Assembly (NCBI GenBank): GCA_963640465.1 | Contig: CAVHYP010000001.1 | Span: 20,553-84,552 of the forward strand | Length of the DNA: 64,000 nt | Direction of reading: 5' to 3' | Source of the DNA: Bacteroidaceae bacterium | GTDB lineage: Bacteria; Bacteroidota; Bacteroidia; Bacteroidales; Bacteroidaceae | In this document: positions 27,285 to 36,986 of the stretch, one piece after another | Numbering within the stretch: position 1 is the stretch's first letter | Layout: each line of letters starts with the position of its first letter | The notes under the pieces: model-generated | Database searches by the model: none | What the model saw: only the letters and a program-made list of their open reading frames with translations | What the model was told of the DNA's origin: nothing | Program-made: the position numbers and the translations under genes

Positions 27285-27770
27285 TTACCATGTGGCAATC
27301 ACTACCTTGTTTTTCTTGAGTGACTGCTGTACGTCGATGGTCCGTTGGTTGGAACTCCCGCGGAAGAGCAGCGATATGTCGCGGCGTGAAAGGATGAAGG
27401 GCCCGTCGACGAGTATGTCGATGTTCTTGAGCAGGGGCATAAATTCCTCGTGCTTCAGCAGTTCTTCCCATAGGAAACCGGTGTAGCACCATATGTTGTA
27501 GCCAAATTCATGCTTGATTTGGCGTGCCAGTTCTGCCACTTCTTCTGCCTGATAGAATGGGTCGCCTCCCGAAAAGGTTACGGGAAACTCGTTGTATCCG
27601 ATTACTCGCAGAAGGTCGGCGATGCTGGTGGGCTTTCCGTGGTTTATGTCCCACGACTGCGGATTGTGGCATCCTGGACATTGATGGGCGCAGCCTGCGA
27701 AGTAAATTGATGTTCGCAGGCCTGGTCCGTCAACGGATGTTCCTTCTGATATGTCGATTACTGACAACAT
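27285..27770 (-). CDS. nrdG: anaerobic ribonucleoside-triphosphate reductase activating protein (radical SAM)
   Basis: 161 aa. CX3CX2C cluster FAGCAHQCPGCHN. It lies directly downstream of nrdD. Confidence 0.9.
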   Translation of the reverse strand: MLSVIDISEGTSVDGPGLRTSIYFAGCAHQCPGCHNPQSWDINHGKPTSIADLLRVIGYNEFPVTFSGGDPFYQAEEVAELARQIKHEFGYNIWCYTGFLWEELLKHEEFMPLLKNIDILVDGPFILSRRDISLLFRGSSNQRTIDVQQSLKKNKVVIATW

Positions 27771-27788
27771 ACAAGAATGTTTGTTTTT

Positions 27789-27858
27789 ATGCGTAAGTCT
27801 TTGTTTCTTGTTTCATGCGTCCGTTCGTGTTGGCTTACGCGTCCGGTTGTATCGGCTC
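27789..27858. repeat. 3-unit array of about 23 bp, repeat family 1, filling the nrdD-nrdG spacer
   Basis: Units ATGCGTAAGTCTTTGTTTCTTGTTT / CATGCGTCCGTTCGTGTTGGCTT / ACGCGTCCGGTTGTATCGGCTC. The last unit shares the 11-mer CGTCCGGTTGT with the 5570 array. Confidence 0.7.
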
Positions 27859-27863
27859 ATACT

Positions 27864-30071
27864 TTATTTATGTACTACGCGGTCTCTCAGTTCTGCAAGT
27901 TTGCTTGCGTTCCATCTGTCGGTGGTTCCAACCAGATAACCGGTGATGCGCTGGAGGGTGTCGATGTGGGTGCTGCCGCATTTCGGGCAAACGGCCAGTC
28001 CTTCTGTAGCATCTTCATATCCGCAGTCCATGCAGCGGTTGCGGTTGTGGTTTACTGAGCAGTAACCGATGTTGTAGCGGTCCATCAAGTCAACGATGTT
28101 CATGATGGCTGCCGGGTTGTGGGTGGCATCGCCGTCGATTTCCACATAGAAGATGTGTCCGCCTCGTGTCAGCTCGTGGTAAGGGGCTTCAATCTCGGCC
28201 TTGTGGCGCGGACTGCAGTGGTAGTAGACTGGCACGTGGTTGGAGTTGGTGTAGTACTCTTTGTCGGTCACACCCTTGATGATGCCAAACTCTTTCCGGT
28301 CGAATTTGGTGAAGCGTCCGGACAGTCCTTCTGCCGGTGTGGCAAGGATGGAGTAGTTATGTTGGTATCTCTCGCTGAACTGGTTGGCGCAGTCGTACAT
28401 GTATCTCACGATGCGCAGTCCGAGTTCTTGGCTCTTCGGGTCTTCGCCATGATGGTGTCCGGTGAGGGCTATGAGGCATTCGGCAAGTCCGATGAATCCG
28501 ATGCCGAGCGTGCCCTGGTTGATTACGCTTTCTATCGTGTCGTTGGGCTGCAGGTGGTCGGCGTCTATCCACAGTTTGGACATGAGTAACTGGAACTGCT
28601 TTGCGTAGGCAGACTTCTGGAATAGGAAGCGTTCGTGCAACTGCTTGGCTGTCAGTTCGAGCATGTTGTCGAGTTTTGCAAAGAATGCATTGATTCTGTC
28701 GTCATAGTTCTCGATTGACATGCATTCGATTGCGAGTTTCACGATGTTGATGGTTGAGAACGAGAGGTTTCCGCGTCCGATGCTGGTCTTGTCACCGAAC
28801 CGGTTCTCGAATACGCGTGTACGGCATCCCATTGTGGCAATCTCGTATTTGTAGCGCTCGGGGTCGTTGATGTCCCACTTCTCGTGCTGGTTGTATGTGG
28901 CGTCGAGGTTTACGAAGTTCGGGAAGAACCGTCGTGCAGTAACCTTGCATGCAAGGCTGTAGAGGTCGTAGTTGGGGTCGTCGGGCAGGTAGCTCACTCC
29001 TCTTTTCTTTTTCCATATTTGGATTGGGAAGATGGCTGTCGAACCGTTGCCCACGCCTCGGTAAGTGGAGTTGAGCAGTTCGCGTATCACGCAACGTCCT
29101 TCGGCTGAAGCGTCGGTTCCGTAGTTGATGCTGCTGAATACCACTTGGTTGCCTCCGCGAGAGTGTATGGTGTTCATGTTGTGAATGAAGGCTTCCATTG
29201 CTTGGTGTACTCGCGACACTGTGCGGTTGATGGCATGTTGCTTTGCCCGTTCCTTTCCGCTCAGTCCGGTGAGGTCCATTGTCAGATAGTCCTTTATCGG
29301 TGCGTTGTAGAGTTCCTGCAGGTCCATGCCGCTCATCTGTTCCACGTTCTTCACCTCCTCTATATAGGAGGAACGGACGTAGGGTGCCATGTAGAAGTCG
29401 AACGCTGGGATTGCCTGTCCTCCGTGCATTTCGTTCTGTGCAGTTTCGAGTGAGATACAGGCAATGACGCTTGCTGTCTCGATGCGTTTGGCAGGCCGGC
29501 TCTCTCCGTGTCCGGCACTGAATCCTTCGTTGAGGATGCGGTTGAGCGGATGCTGCACGCAGGTGAGCGATTTGGTGGGGTAGTAGTCCTTGTCATGGAT
29601 GTGCAGGTAGTTTTTCTTTACTGCCTCGCGCACGTCTTCTGACAGGAGGTAATCGTCCACAAACGGCTTGGTACTTTCGCTTGCGAACTTCATCATCATT
29701 CCTGCTGGGGAATCTGCATTCATGTTTGCGTTCTCGCGGGTCACGTCGTTGCTCTTTGCCTCGATGATTTCGAGGAACACCTCGCGAGTCTTGGCTTTGC
29801 GTGCAATGTTTCGTTTGTCGCGATAGGAAATGTATTTCTTGGCTACTTCCTTTCGGCTACTTTTCATGAGCTCGATTTCCACTTGGTCCTGGATGTCCTC
29901 CACGCTCATCTGTTCCTTGCCTTGCATTGCGACTTTGTCGGTGATCCGCTGTATGAGAGCTTCGTCTTCACCTTTTTCGGTTGTCAGCATCGCTTTTCTG
30001 ATGGCAGCCTTGATTTTCTCTTCGTTGAAACCGACGATTCTGCCGTCGCGTTTCCTAACAGTCTGTATCAT
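27864..30071 (-). CDS. nrdD: anaerobic ribonucleoside-triphosphate reductase (class III)
   Basis: 735 aa. N-terminal ATP-cone (VRKRDGRIVGFNEEKI), C-terminal Zn-ribbon CMDCGY...CPKCGS, and the glycyl-radical motif RITGYLVG. Confidence 0.95.
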   Translation of the reverse strand: MIQTVRKRDGRIVGFNEEKIKAAIRKAMLTTEKGEDEALIQRITDKVAMQGKEQMSVEDIQDQVEIELMKSSRKEVAKKYISYRDKRNIARKAKTREVFLEIIEAKSNDVTRENANMNADSPAGMMMKFASESTKPFVDDYLLSEDVREAVKKNYLHIHDKDYYPTKSLTCVQHPLNRILNEGFSAGHGESRPAKRIETASVIACISLETAQNEMHGGQAIPAFDFYMAPYVRSSYIEEVKNVEQMSGMDLQELYNAPIKDYLTMDLTGLSGKERAKQHAINRTVSRVHQAMEAFIHNMNTIHSRGGNQVVFSSINYGTDASAEGRCVIRELLNSTYRGVGNGSTAIFPIQIWKKKRGVSYLPDDPNYDLYSLACKVTARRFFPNFVNLDATYNQHEKWDINDPERYKYEIATMGCRTRVFENRFGDKTSIGRGNLSFSTINIVKLAIECMSIENYDDRINAFFAKLDNMLELTAKQLHERFLFQKSAYAKQFQLLMSKLWIDADHLQPNDTIESVINQGTLGIGFIGLAECLIALTGHHHGEDPKSQELGLRIVRYMYDCANQFSERYQHNYSILATPAEGLSGRFTKFDRKEFGIIKGVTDKEYYTNSNHVPVYYHCSPRHKAEIEAPYHELTRGGHIFYVEIDGDATHNPAAIMNIVDLMDRYNIGYCSVNHNRNRCMDCGYEDATEGLAVCPKCGSTHIDTLQRITGYLVGTTDRWNASKLAELRDRVVHK

Positions 30072-30116
30072 TTGACGTTATTTTAGTTGTATTATTGGCT
30101 TGAAGTTTTCGAGGGA

Positions 30117-30124
30117 CAAAGTTA
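30117..30124 (-). promoter_or_regulatory. candidate -7 promoter box (TAACTTTG) for nrdDG
   Basis: TAnnTTTG on the minus strand, 45 nt upstream of the nrdD ATG. Confidence 0.45.
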
Positions 30125-30550
30125 TACAAAATGCTCGTTACATGCAAACTTTTTCGGATAAAAATATTTGGACAGTTTTCCTTTTGGGGAAACTTTTGGG
30201 GGACTTGCAAAAATGTAAGCGGTTGGTAGTAAGTGTACTGGCTTCGTAAAATAGAAAACTTTTGTGATGGTGAAGTCTAATGAAGTTGCATGTTTTGTCA
30301 AGTGAAGGGAAAAATAGAAACTGTAAATGTTTGAGGGCCGTATTGAGGTCAGCCGAAAGAGTTTCGTGCATTGCAAGCCAACAATGATGGCTTCATGCAT
30401 CAGACTTGCTGATTTTAGTTCTGAGCAAGTTGCCAAGGACTCTGAAGGAGAAATACAAATGAGATGCTGTAGAGGTATAATGTCTGTCGTTCCACTGATA
30501 AAACGAAATAATGTTTGTTCAACGACAAAAGATGTGTGGTGAGAAACTTG

Positions 30551-31456
30551 TCAGGATTTCCAGCTGACTTTGCGTGCGAATGCGAGTATCTTGTTTCTTG
30601 CCACTACAACGGTTACGGCAACAATGATGAATAGAATGCCCACGATGCTGTGCATGGATAGTTGCTCGCCAAACACTGTGACTCCGATGATGACGGCTGT
30701 GGTCGGTTCGAGGGCTCCCAGTATGGCTGTTTCCGTAGGACCGATACGCTGTATTGCCATTGCTGTAAAGATGAGTGAGATGGCAGTGGGGAAGAGTGCT
30801 GCTCCAAGTGAATATCCCCAGTGCAAACCTTGGGGAACTGTTATTTCACCTCGGATTCCTACTCCCACGAGTAGAAGCAATGAACCGAATATCATGATGT
30901 AAAACGTGACTTTGGTGGATGACATCTTCGAAAGGGAACTTTTCTTCATGAACACAAAGTAAAGCGAGTAGGTGACTGCCGAGAGTATTACCAGAAGAAC
31001 TCCTTCGAGATTCACGTTTGCCACTCCGTCGTCTTTCGCCAGAACAACGATTCCTATCGTGGCTACAATCAGACATGCCACTACAATCCAGTGAAGATGT
31101 TCGTGGAAAATCCATGCCATGATGACGGCTGTGAGTATTGGGTAGATGAACAGAATGGTGCTGGCTATTCCTGCATCCATCACGGTAAAGGCAATGTAGA
31201 GTCCAAGTGATGATATTGCCATGAGAAAACCGAGTCCGGCAAGTTGCCAGGTTTCTGAACGTGTGATGCGGAAACTTCCGCGTTGACACAGTATGATGAC
31301 CGCTATCAACGGAGTGGAGAGGGCGTAACGGGTTAGCAGCACTGACCATGCATCCATGCCGTCTGCATAGAGCGGCAGGGCAAAGAGGGGATTGAGTCCG
31401 TAGAGTGCGGAGGCTATTATTCCGAGCAGATAGCCTATGTGATTTGTTTGTTTCAT
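30551..31456 (-). CDS. EamA/DMT-family transporter
   Basis: ORF 30551..31525. The likely start is 31456 (MKQTNHIGYLLGIIASALYG). About 10 hydrophobic segments are arranged as two EamA halves. Confidence 0.75.
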   Translation of the reverse strand: MKQTNHIGYLLGIIASALYGLNPLFALPLYADGMDAWSVLLTRYALSTPLIAVIILCQRGSFRITRSETWQLAGLGFLMAISSLGLYIAFTVMDAGIASTILFIYPILTAVIMAWIFHEHLHWIVVACLIVATIGIVVLAKDDGVANVNLEGVLLVILSAVTYSLYFVFMKKSSLSKMSSTKVTFYIMIFGSLLLLVGVGIRGEITVPQGLHWGYSLGAALFPTAISLIFTAMAIQRIGPTETAILGALEPTTAVIIGVTVFGEQLSMHSIVGILFIIVAVTVVVARNKILAFARKVSWKS

Positions 31457-31532
31457 AGTTGATGTCAGGTAGTGGAAATCAGTAGTAGATAAAATGTCTT
31501 TAGTTTTTCCCGTTTTTTTATTCAATGTTATT

Positions 31533-32129
31533 CTAATTCAATGTCCCGTTGTTTGGGTCCAAAATATTTTTGTTGAAGTTCAAGCCTTCGTCGTTTGAGC
31601 CCAGTACTTCATCCACTTTCATGTCGTGGGGTTCGTGGGGTATAGAGCCGACGATTTGGAACGGATAGCAGATCCCGATTGTGGGGCAATGCAGGATGGG
31701 AAGCAACCGGTCGTAGTAGCCTTTGCCTCTGCCCAGTCTGTTGCCATCCTTGTCGAAAGCCACACCTGGGATAATAGCAAGGTCGATGCCTGCGTATTCG
31801 CTTTCCGGGACAAGTGATCCCTGCGATTCCACTATGTGGTAAGCTCCTACGGATGTTGCCGATTCATTGACGTATTCGTGAAGTTCTAGATGGTCGCCGA
31901 CTACAGACGGTAGCAATATTGTCTTGATGCCAAGGTAGCGGTCGATGAGACTGTGGGTGTTGACTTCGTCGGGCAATGAATGAAAGAGAAGCACCCGTTG
32001 TGCCTTTTGGAACAACGGATGATTCTCGAGTTTATTGATGACCTCTTTGCCTTGTTCAGGCAGAACGCCTGCTTCTGACAATTGGGTACGGATTTGCGAA
32101 AGCTGTTTTCTTAGTTGCTTTTTCTCCAT
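31533..32129 (-). CDS. 5-formyltetrahydrofolate cyclo-ligase
   Basis: 198 aa. Motif PGVAFDKDGNRLGRGKGYYDRLL. Confidence 0.85.
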   Translation of the reverse strand: MEKKQLRKQLSQIRTQLSEAGVLPEQGKEVINKLENHPLFQKAQRVLLFHSLPDEVNTHSLIDRYLGIKTILLPSVVGDHLELHEYVNESATSVGAYHIVESQGSLVPESEYAGIDLAIIPGVAFDKDGNRLGRGKGYYDRLLPILHCPTIGICYPFQIVGSIPHEPHDMKVDEVLGSNDEGLNFNKNILDPNNGTLN

Positions 32130-33753
32130 CTTCCGGAAGTTTTGGTGTTGTGAGTCCGTTGTTGAAGAGTTCGATGGCGCGTTTCACTGTTGCATCGTCT
32201 TTGTTTATGAACTGCAGGTACTCGTTCATGTCGAGCAGATTGTAGATGATGCTTCCGTGTACAGCATCTTCAATGAGCTTTTGTGAACGCAGAATCATGT
32301 TGTTGCGACGCTTCACTCCCTTGCTGTCGCAGTAGTTGATGAACTGCTGTATCACATGGTCTTTGCGCAGTTGCTTGAGGATATCGATGGCTGAGTCGAA
32401 CTTGACGTAGCGTGCTCTGTTGTTGTCGGTATACTCAAAAGCAAACTGTGCGACCAGCCCTTTTGCCACGATTTCCTGGTAGTAGGTTGTGAATAGGGTG
32501 GTGTCTTCGGCAACGAAGTAGTCGGGCATGATGCCGCCACCGCCGTACACTTTCCTTCCGATGCTTGTCGTGTAGACTTCGCCTGTCTGACGTATGCTGT
32601 CTTCATTGAAGAATTCTCCGTGACGGTAGCGTGTCAGTATGTCTTGCTCGTAGTCTTTGTCTTCGCCATTGACGTATGGTTTCTGAATGCATCTGCCGGA
32701 TGGTGTGTAGTATCTTGACACTGTGAGATGGATGAGGCTTCCGTCGGGGAAGGTGATGGGTTTCTGCACCAATCCTTTGCCAAATGTGCGTCGTCCGACG
32801 ATGATGCCCCGGTCGTTGTCTTGGATTGCTCCAGAGAATATCTCGGCAGCACTTGCCGTTATCTCGTCGGTGAGGACTATGAGCGGTATTTTCTGATATG
32901 AACCCTGTCCGTCGCTGAAGTAATCCTCGCGTCGGGTCTTGCGTCCTTCGGTGTAGACAATGAGTTTGTCTGCGGGCAGGAACTCGTTCACAATCTGTAT
33001 GGCACAGTCGAGGTATCCTCCGGTGTTGCCGCGCAGGTCGATTACCAATCCCTTGAATCCTTCCTGCTGGAGCTGTGCCAGTGCAATGAGAAGTTCCGGA
33101 TAGGTGGTCTTTCCGAATTTGTTCATGCGTACATATCCTATTTTGTCGGTGAGCATGTATGTGGCATCAATGCTTTTCACTGGGATGTCGCCGCGTGTGA
33201 CGGTGAAAGACAATAACTTGGATGAGCCTTTGCGCACTACGCTTAGTTTTACTTTTGAACCCTTTTCACCCTTCAGCCTGTGGAGTGTTTCGGACTGTGT
33301 CACTTCTTTGCCCACATAGGGCTTGCCGTCGACTGTGACAATGCGGTCACCTGCCAGCATTCCCACTTTCTCTGCCGGTCCTCCTTTGATGATGTTGGTG
33401 ATGCAGACGGAATCTTGCCGTATGGAGAACATTACTCCTATGCCGCTGAAACTGCCGTCGAGGTCATCGTTGGCAGTCTTGGCTGCTTCTGCTGAGATGT
33501 AGGAACAGTGGGGATCGAGTTCTTCTAGTATCTTTGGCATCGCTTCTTCCACGATGTCTGCTATGTTGACTGTGTCCACATATTGGTCGTCGATGATATG
33601 CAACAGGTCGTTGATCTTGTTGGATGACGAGTTGATGATGTTCAGTCGGTTGCCTGCAAATCTCTTTGCAAAGAATGTCCCTATGAATATGCCTGCCACT
33701 ACGCTTATTGCAATGATGATAGGAACGAATCTTGATGTATGATGTACGTTCAT
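32056..33753 (-). CDS. S41-family C-terminal processing peptidase
   Basis: 565 aa. N-terminal TM, PDZ domain (IIKGGPAEKVGMLAGDRIVTVDG), catalytic contexts LTDEITASAAEIFSGA and RTFGKGLVQ. Confidence 0.9.
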   Translation of the reverse strand: MNVHHTSRFVPIIIAISVVAGIFIGTFFAKRFAGNRLNIINSSSNKINDLLHIIDDQYVDTVNIADIVEEAMPKILEELDPHCSYISAEAAKTANDDLDGSFSGIGVMFSIRQDSVCITNIIKGGPAEKVGMLAGDRIVTVDGKPYVGKEVTQSETLHRLKGEKGSKVKLSVVRKGSSKLLSFTVTRGDIPVKSIDATYMLTDKIGYVRMNKFGKTTYPELLIALAQLQQEGFKGLVIDLRGNTGGYLDCAIQIVNEFLPADKLIVYTEGRKTRREDYFSDGQGSYQKIPLIVLTDEITASAAEIFSGAIQDNDRGIIVGRRTFGKGLVQKPITFPDGSLIHLTVSRYYTPSGRCIQKPYVNGEDKDYEQDILTRYRHGEFFNEDSIRQTGEVYTTSIGRKVYGGGGIMPDYFVAEDTTLFTTYYQEIVAKGLVAQFAFEYTDNNRARYVKFDSAIDILKQLRKDHVIQQFINYCDSKGVKRRNNMILRSQKLIEDAVHGSIIYNLLDMNEYLQFINKDDATVKRAIELFNNGLTTPKLPEDGEKATKKTAFANPYPIVRSRRSA

Positions 33754-33775
33754 TGTCAGTTAATATAATAAAGGG

Positions 33776-34285
33776 TCAATCTTTCTGGGGTATGTCGATT
33801 TGTATCACTTCGATGCCTGCTTGTTTCATCAGGTTGATTCCGTCCTGCAGACGGTAGGCATCGCCATAGATGACGCGCTTGATGCCTGCCTGTATGATGA
33901 GTTTGGAACATTCCAGACATGGAGAAGCAGTCACATAGAGTGTTGCTCCTTCACTGGAATTGTGTGAACGTGCCAGTTTGGTGATGGCATTGGCTTCGGC
34001 ATGGAGCACGTAGGGTTTGGTCACGTCGTTCTCTTCGCAGACATTGTCAAATCCTGACGGTGTGCCGTTGTAGCCGTCACTTATTATCATTTGACGTTTC
34101 ACCACGATGGCTCCCACCTGGCGGCGTTTGCAGTAGCTGTTTTCTGCCCATATCTTTGCCATGCGCAGGTAGCGCAAATCGAGTTGGTGCTGTTTGTTTT
34201 CGTCGTTTGTCATAATGTCCTTTACTTTTTGTGGTGAACTTTTTGTTGCGTGTTCATTCATTGCATTGAACTCTTTGTTGTTCAT
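33776..34285 (-). CDS. deoxycytidylate (dCMP) deaminase
   Basis: 169 aa. Zinc motifs HAEANAI and PCLECSKLI. The true start may be an internal Met. Confidence 0.85.
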   Translation of the reverse strand: MNNKEFNAMNEHATKSSPQKVKDIMTNDENKQHQLDLRYLRMAKIWAENSYCKRRQVGAIVVKRQMIISDGYNGTPSGFDNVCEENDVTKPYVLHAEANAITKLARSHNSSEGATLYVTASPCLECSKLIIQAGIKRVIYGDAYRLQDGINLMKQAGIEVIQIDIPQKD

Positions 34286-34726
34286 TCATTGCATTGAACT
34301 CAGTTCGATATAGCTTTCCTTGTCCCTGATTATTCTTATCACGTTTTTGTCGCCGCTGTATGATGTGGCATTTCTCAGCACGTTGTACACGTTGTTACAC
34401 ATTGCGTTGGCTCCGCTAATGTTGGTGGCATTGCCGAATGTCATGCTGAAACTGCGTGTGCTGCCGTCTGCTTTCCATGTGCCTTCTACGGTTGTTCCTG
34501 ATTGCAGCACTCCTTGAAACGTGAGTGTATTGAACACGATGTAGTATGTGTTCTCGCTTTCGTAGAACTGGTTCACTTCGCTGATGACTTTCGTTCCGTT
34601 GTAGGTGAGCCCTGTAATCTTGAATCTGTGGCCGTTGAATATTTCTGTCACATCATCTTCTTTGTCGCACGATGGTACAAGCATCATGCAGACTGCAACC
34701 AACAGTATTGATTTTATGTATCTCAT
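34286..34726 (-). CDS. small lipoprotein, hypothetical (lipocalin-like size)
   Basis: 146 aa. Lipobox MRYIKSILLVAVCMMLVPSC. Its stop abuts the start of the dCMP deaminase gene. Confidence 0.55.
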   Translation of the reverse strand: MRYIKSILLVAVCMMLVPSCDKEDDVTEIFNGHRFKITGLTYNGTKVISEVNQFYESENTYYIVFNTLTFQGVLQSGTTVEGTWKADGSTRSFSMTFGNATNISGANAMCNNVYNVLRNATSYSGDKNVIRIIRDKESYIELSSMQ

Positions 34727-34803
34727 AAGTTCTGACTGCTTACGTGCTGTATTCTTTTATTTCTCCATCCTTGGGGTTGATGCAATTCCTTTTGCTTCTT
34801 GAG

Positions 34804-36888
34804 TTAAATGCCAATCCTTTTGTTTTTGACGCTGATTCCATTCCGCTCAAGCAGAGCATCGATGGTTGGCTCTTGTCCGCGGAACCGCTTGTAGAGTGTC
34901 ATCGGATGTTCCGTCGCTCCTCGTGAGAGTACGTTGTCGCGGAAACTCTGTGCTGTCTTGCGGTCGAACAGTCCGTTCTTCTTGAACACTGAGAAGGCAT
35001 CGGCATCGAGCACTTCTGCCCACTTGTAGCTATAGTAGCCTGCGGAATAGCCTCCTGCCATGATGTGGGAGAACTGCACCGACATGCATGTGCCGGGGAT
35101 TGATGGAGTGATGACTGCATCTTTCCAAGCGTTCTTCTCGAAGGTCTCGATGTCATCGGCGAGGTCGTGGTTGAGTGTGTAGTAAGCCATGTCGAGCAGT
35201 CCGAAACTTACTTGTCTCAGACAACCCATGGCTACGCAGAAGTTGCGGCTTGCCACGATGCGCTGGATATATTCGTCGGGCAGTGGTTCGCCTGTCTGAT
35301 AGTGGAAGGCAAAGGATGAGAGGAACTCTTTCTCTATGCTGAAGTTCTCCATGAATTGTGAAGGCAGTTCCACAAAATCCCAATACACGTTTGTGCCGCC
35401 CAGTTCTTCGTACCTGCAGTTGGAGAACATCTCGTGGAGCGAGTGACCGAACTCGTGGAGGAATGTTTCCACTTCTCCAAGGGTGAGCAGTGCCGGCTTG
35501 TTTTCCGTAGGTTTGGTGAAGTTCATTACGAGCGACACGTGCGGACGATGGTTCACTCTGTCTTTGTCGATATATTGTCCTCTGAAACTGGTCATCCATG
35601 CGCCTGACTTCTTGCTGTCGCGCGGATAGAAGTCGCAGTAGAGCAGGGCAAGGAACGAACCGTCGTTGTCATAGACTTCAAACACGTCTACGTCGGGATG
35701 GTAAACTGGAACATCGTGTGTCTGTTTGAAGGAAATGCCATACAGGCGTGTTGCCAGTCCGAAGACGCCTTGTTTCACTTTTGTTAGTTCAAAATACGGA
35801 CGTAGCATCTCTGAATTGATGTTGTATCGTTTCTCCTGCAGTTTGTTTGAGTAGTAGGCGCTGTCCCACGGCATGAGATCGAAGTCGTCGCCTTCCATCT
35901 CTTTTGCTAGAGCCTTTATCTCGTCGTATTCTTTTATGGCCGTGGGCTTGTATGCTTCGATGAGTTTGTTGAGCAGGGCATACACATTCTTGCAGTTCTC
36001 AGCCATGCGTTCTTCGAGCACGAAGTCTGCATAGTTGTCGTAGCCCATGATCTGTGCTTCTTCGCGGCACAGATTGACAATCTTCCTCACTACCTCCTTA
36101 TTATTATATTTATTGTCGTGAGTGCATATCGTATTGTATGCCATCCACACTTGCTTGCGCAGTTCCCTGCGGCTACTGTAGGTCATGAAGGGTGACATGC
36201 TCGGGCTTTTCAGTGTAATGACCCATCCTTCTTTGCCTTTTTCCTTTGCTGCCTGGCTTGCTGCTTCCACTGCACTTTCCGGCAGTCCGTCGAGGTCGTT
36301 CTTGTCGGTGAGGTGAAGGGTGAAGGCATTGATTTCTTTCAGTTTATTTTGTGAGAACTGCAGGTCGAGTTTGCTCATCTCGTTGTCGATTGTCCTCAGC
36401 CTCTCTTGTTTCTCTTCGTTGAGATATGAACCGCTGCGCACAAATCCAAGGTAGGTGTCCTTCAGCAATTCTTTTTGCTCGGTGGTAAGTGTGCTGAGTT
36501 TTGCACCGTTGTCTGCCGGGTCATGGTATTCATCGTAGACAGCCTTTACGCGTTGCGACAATTTGGGATTGAACATGATATCGTTTGCATGGTCGGACAA
36601 TATGGGTGACATCTTCTCTGCCAGTGCATCCATCTCGTCGGTGGTGTCGGCTGATAGCAGATTGAAGAATATCTCCGACACTTCGCCCAGCAGTTCGCCC
36701 GATGTTTCCATCGCTTCGATAGTGTTCTCGAATGTGGGTGGCTCTGGATTGTTTACCAGTCGGTCCATTTCTTCTTTCTCAATCTCCATTCCTCGTCGCA
36801 TGGCTGGCTCGTAATCTTCCAGCTTCACTTTGTCGAATGGGAATGCATTGTGAGATGTATTGTATTTCTCAAAAAATATGTTGCTCAT
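34804..36888 (-). CDS. dcp: M3-family metallopeptidase (peptidyl-dipeptidase Dcp type)
   Basis: 694 aa. HEXXH motif in FLHEFGHSLHEMF, with a downstream EVLDADAF region typical of M3. Confidence 0.85.
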   Translation of the reverse strand: MSNIFFEKYNTSHNAFPFDKVKLEDYEPAMRRGMEIEKEEMDRLVNNPEPPTFENTIEAMETSGELLGEVSEIFFNLLSADTTDEMDALAEKMSPILSDHANDIMFNPKLSQRVKAVYDEYHDPADNGAKLSTLTTEQKELLKDTYLGFVRSGSYLNEEKQERLRTIDNEMSKLDLQFSQNKLKEINAFTLHLTDKNDLDGLPESAVEAASQAAKEKGKEGWVITLKSPSMSPFMTYSSRRELRKQVWMAYNTICTHDNKYNNKEVVRKIVNLCREEAQIMGYDNYADFVLEERMAENCKNVYALLNKLIEAYKPTAIKEYDEIKALAKEMEGDDFDLMPWDSAYYSNKLQEKRYNINSEMLRPYFELTKVKQGVFGLATRLYGISFKQTHDVPVYHPDVDVFEVYDNDGSFLALLYCDFYPRDSKKSGAWMTSFRGQYIDKDRVNHRPHVSLVMNFTKPTENKPALLTLGEVETFLHEFGHSLHEMFSNCRYEELGGTNVYWDFVELPSQFMENFSIEKEFLSSFAFHYQTGEPLPDEYIQRIVASRNFCVAMGCLRQVSFGLLDMAYYTLNHDLADDIETFEKNAWKDAVITPSIPGTCMSVQFSHIMAGGYSAGYYSYKWAEVLDADAFSVFKKNGLFDRKTAQSFRDNVLSRGATEHPMTLYKRFRGQEPTIDALLERNGISVKNKRIGI

Positions 36889-36976
36889 TTATATGTTGCT
36901 CGTTTATATGTTGCCTATATTAATCGTCCAATTATTGCTGGTCGTTTGTATGTAGCCCAATTATATGTAGCCCGTT
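36875..36976. repeat. 14-15-bp tandem units (TATATGTTGCTCRTT x3, then TATGTAGCCC x2)
   Basis: Copy 1 (36875-36889) contains the dcp start codon on the opposite strand. Copies 2 and 3 (36890-36919) are upstream duplicates in which ATG has become ACG or similar. A second pair lies at 36948-36976. Confidence 0.7.
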
Positions 36977-36986
36977 TGTTTACAGC

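Noticed and set aside
30125-30550. Riboswitch or ncRNA in the 420-bp gap between the nrdD promoter and the DMT transporter gene
   Set aside because: Only short direct repeats (CTTTTGGGG(G)A x2) and one 7-bp hairpin (ACTTGCT/AGCAAGT) are present. There is no promoter box on either strand and no known riboswitch core, so the evidence is insufficient to call anything.
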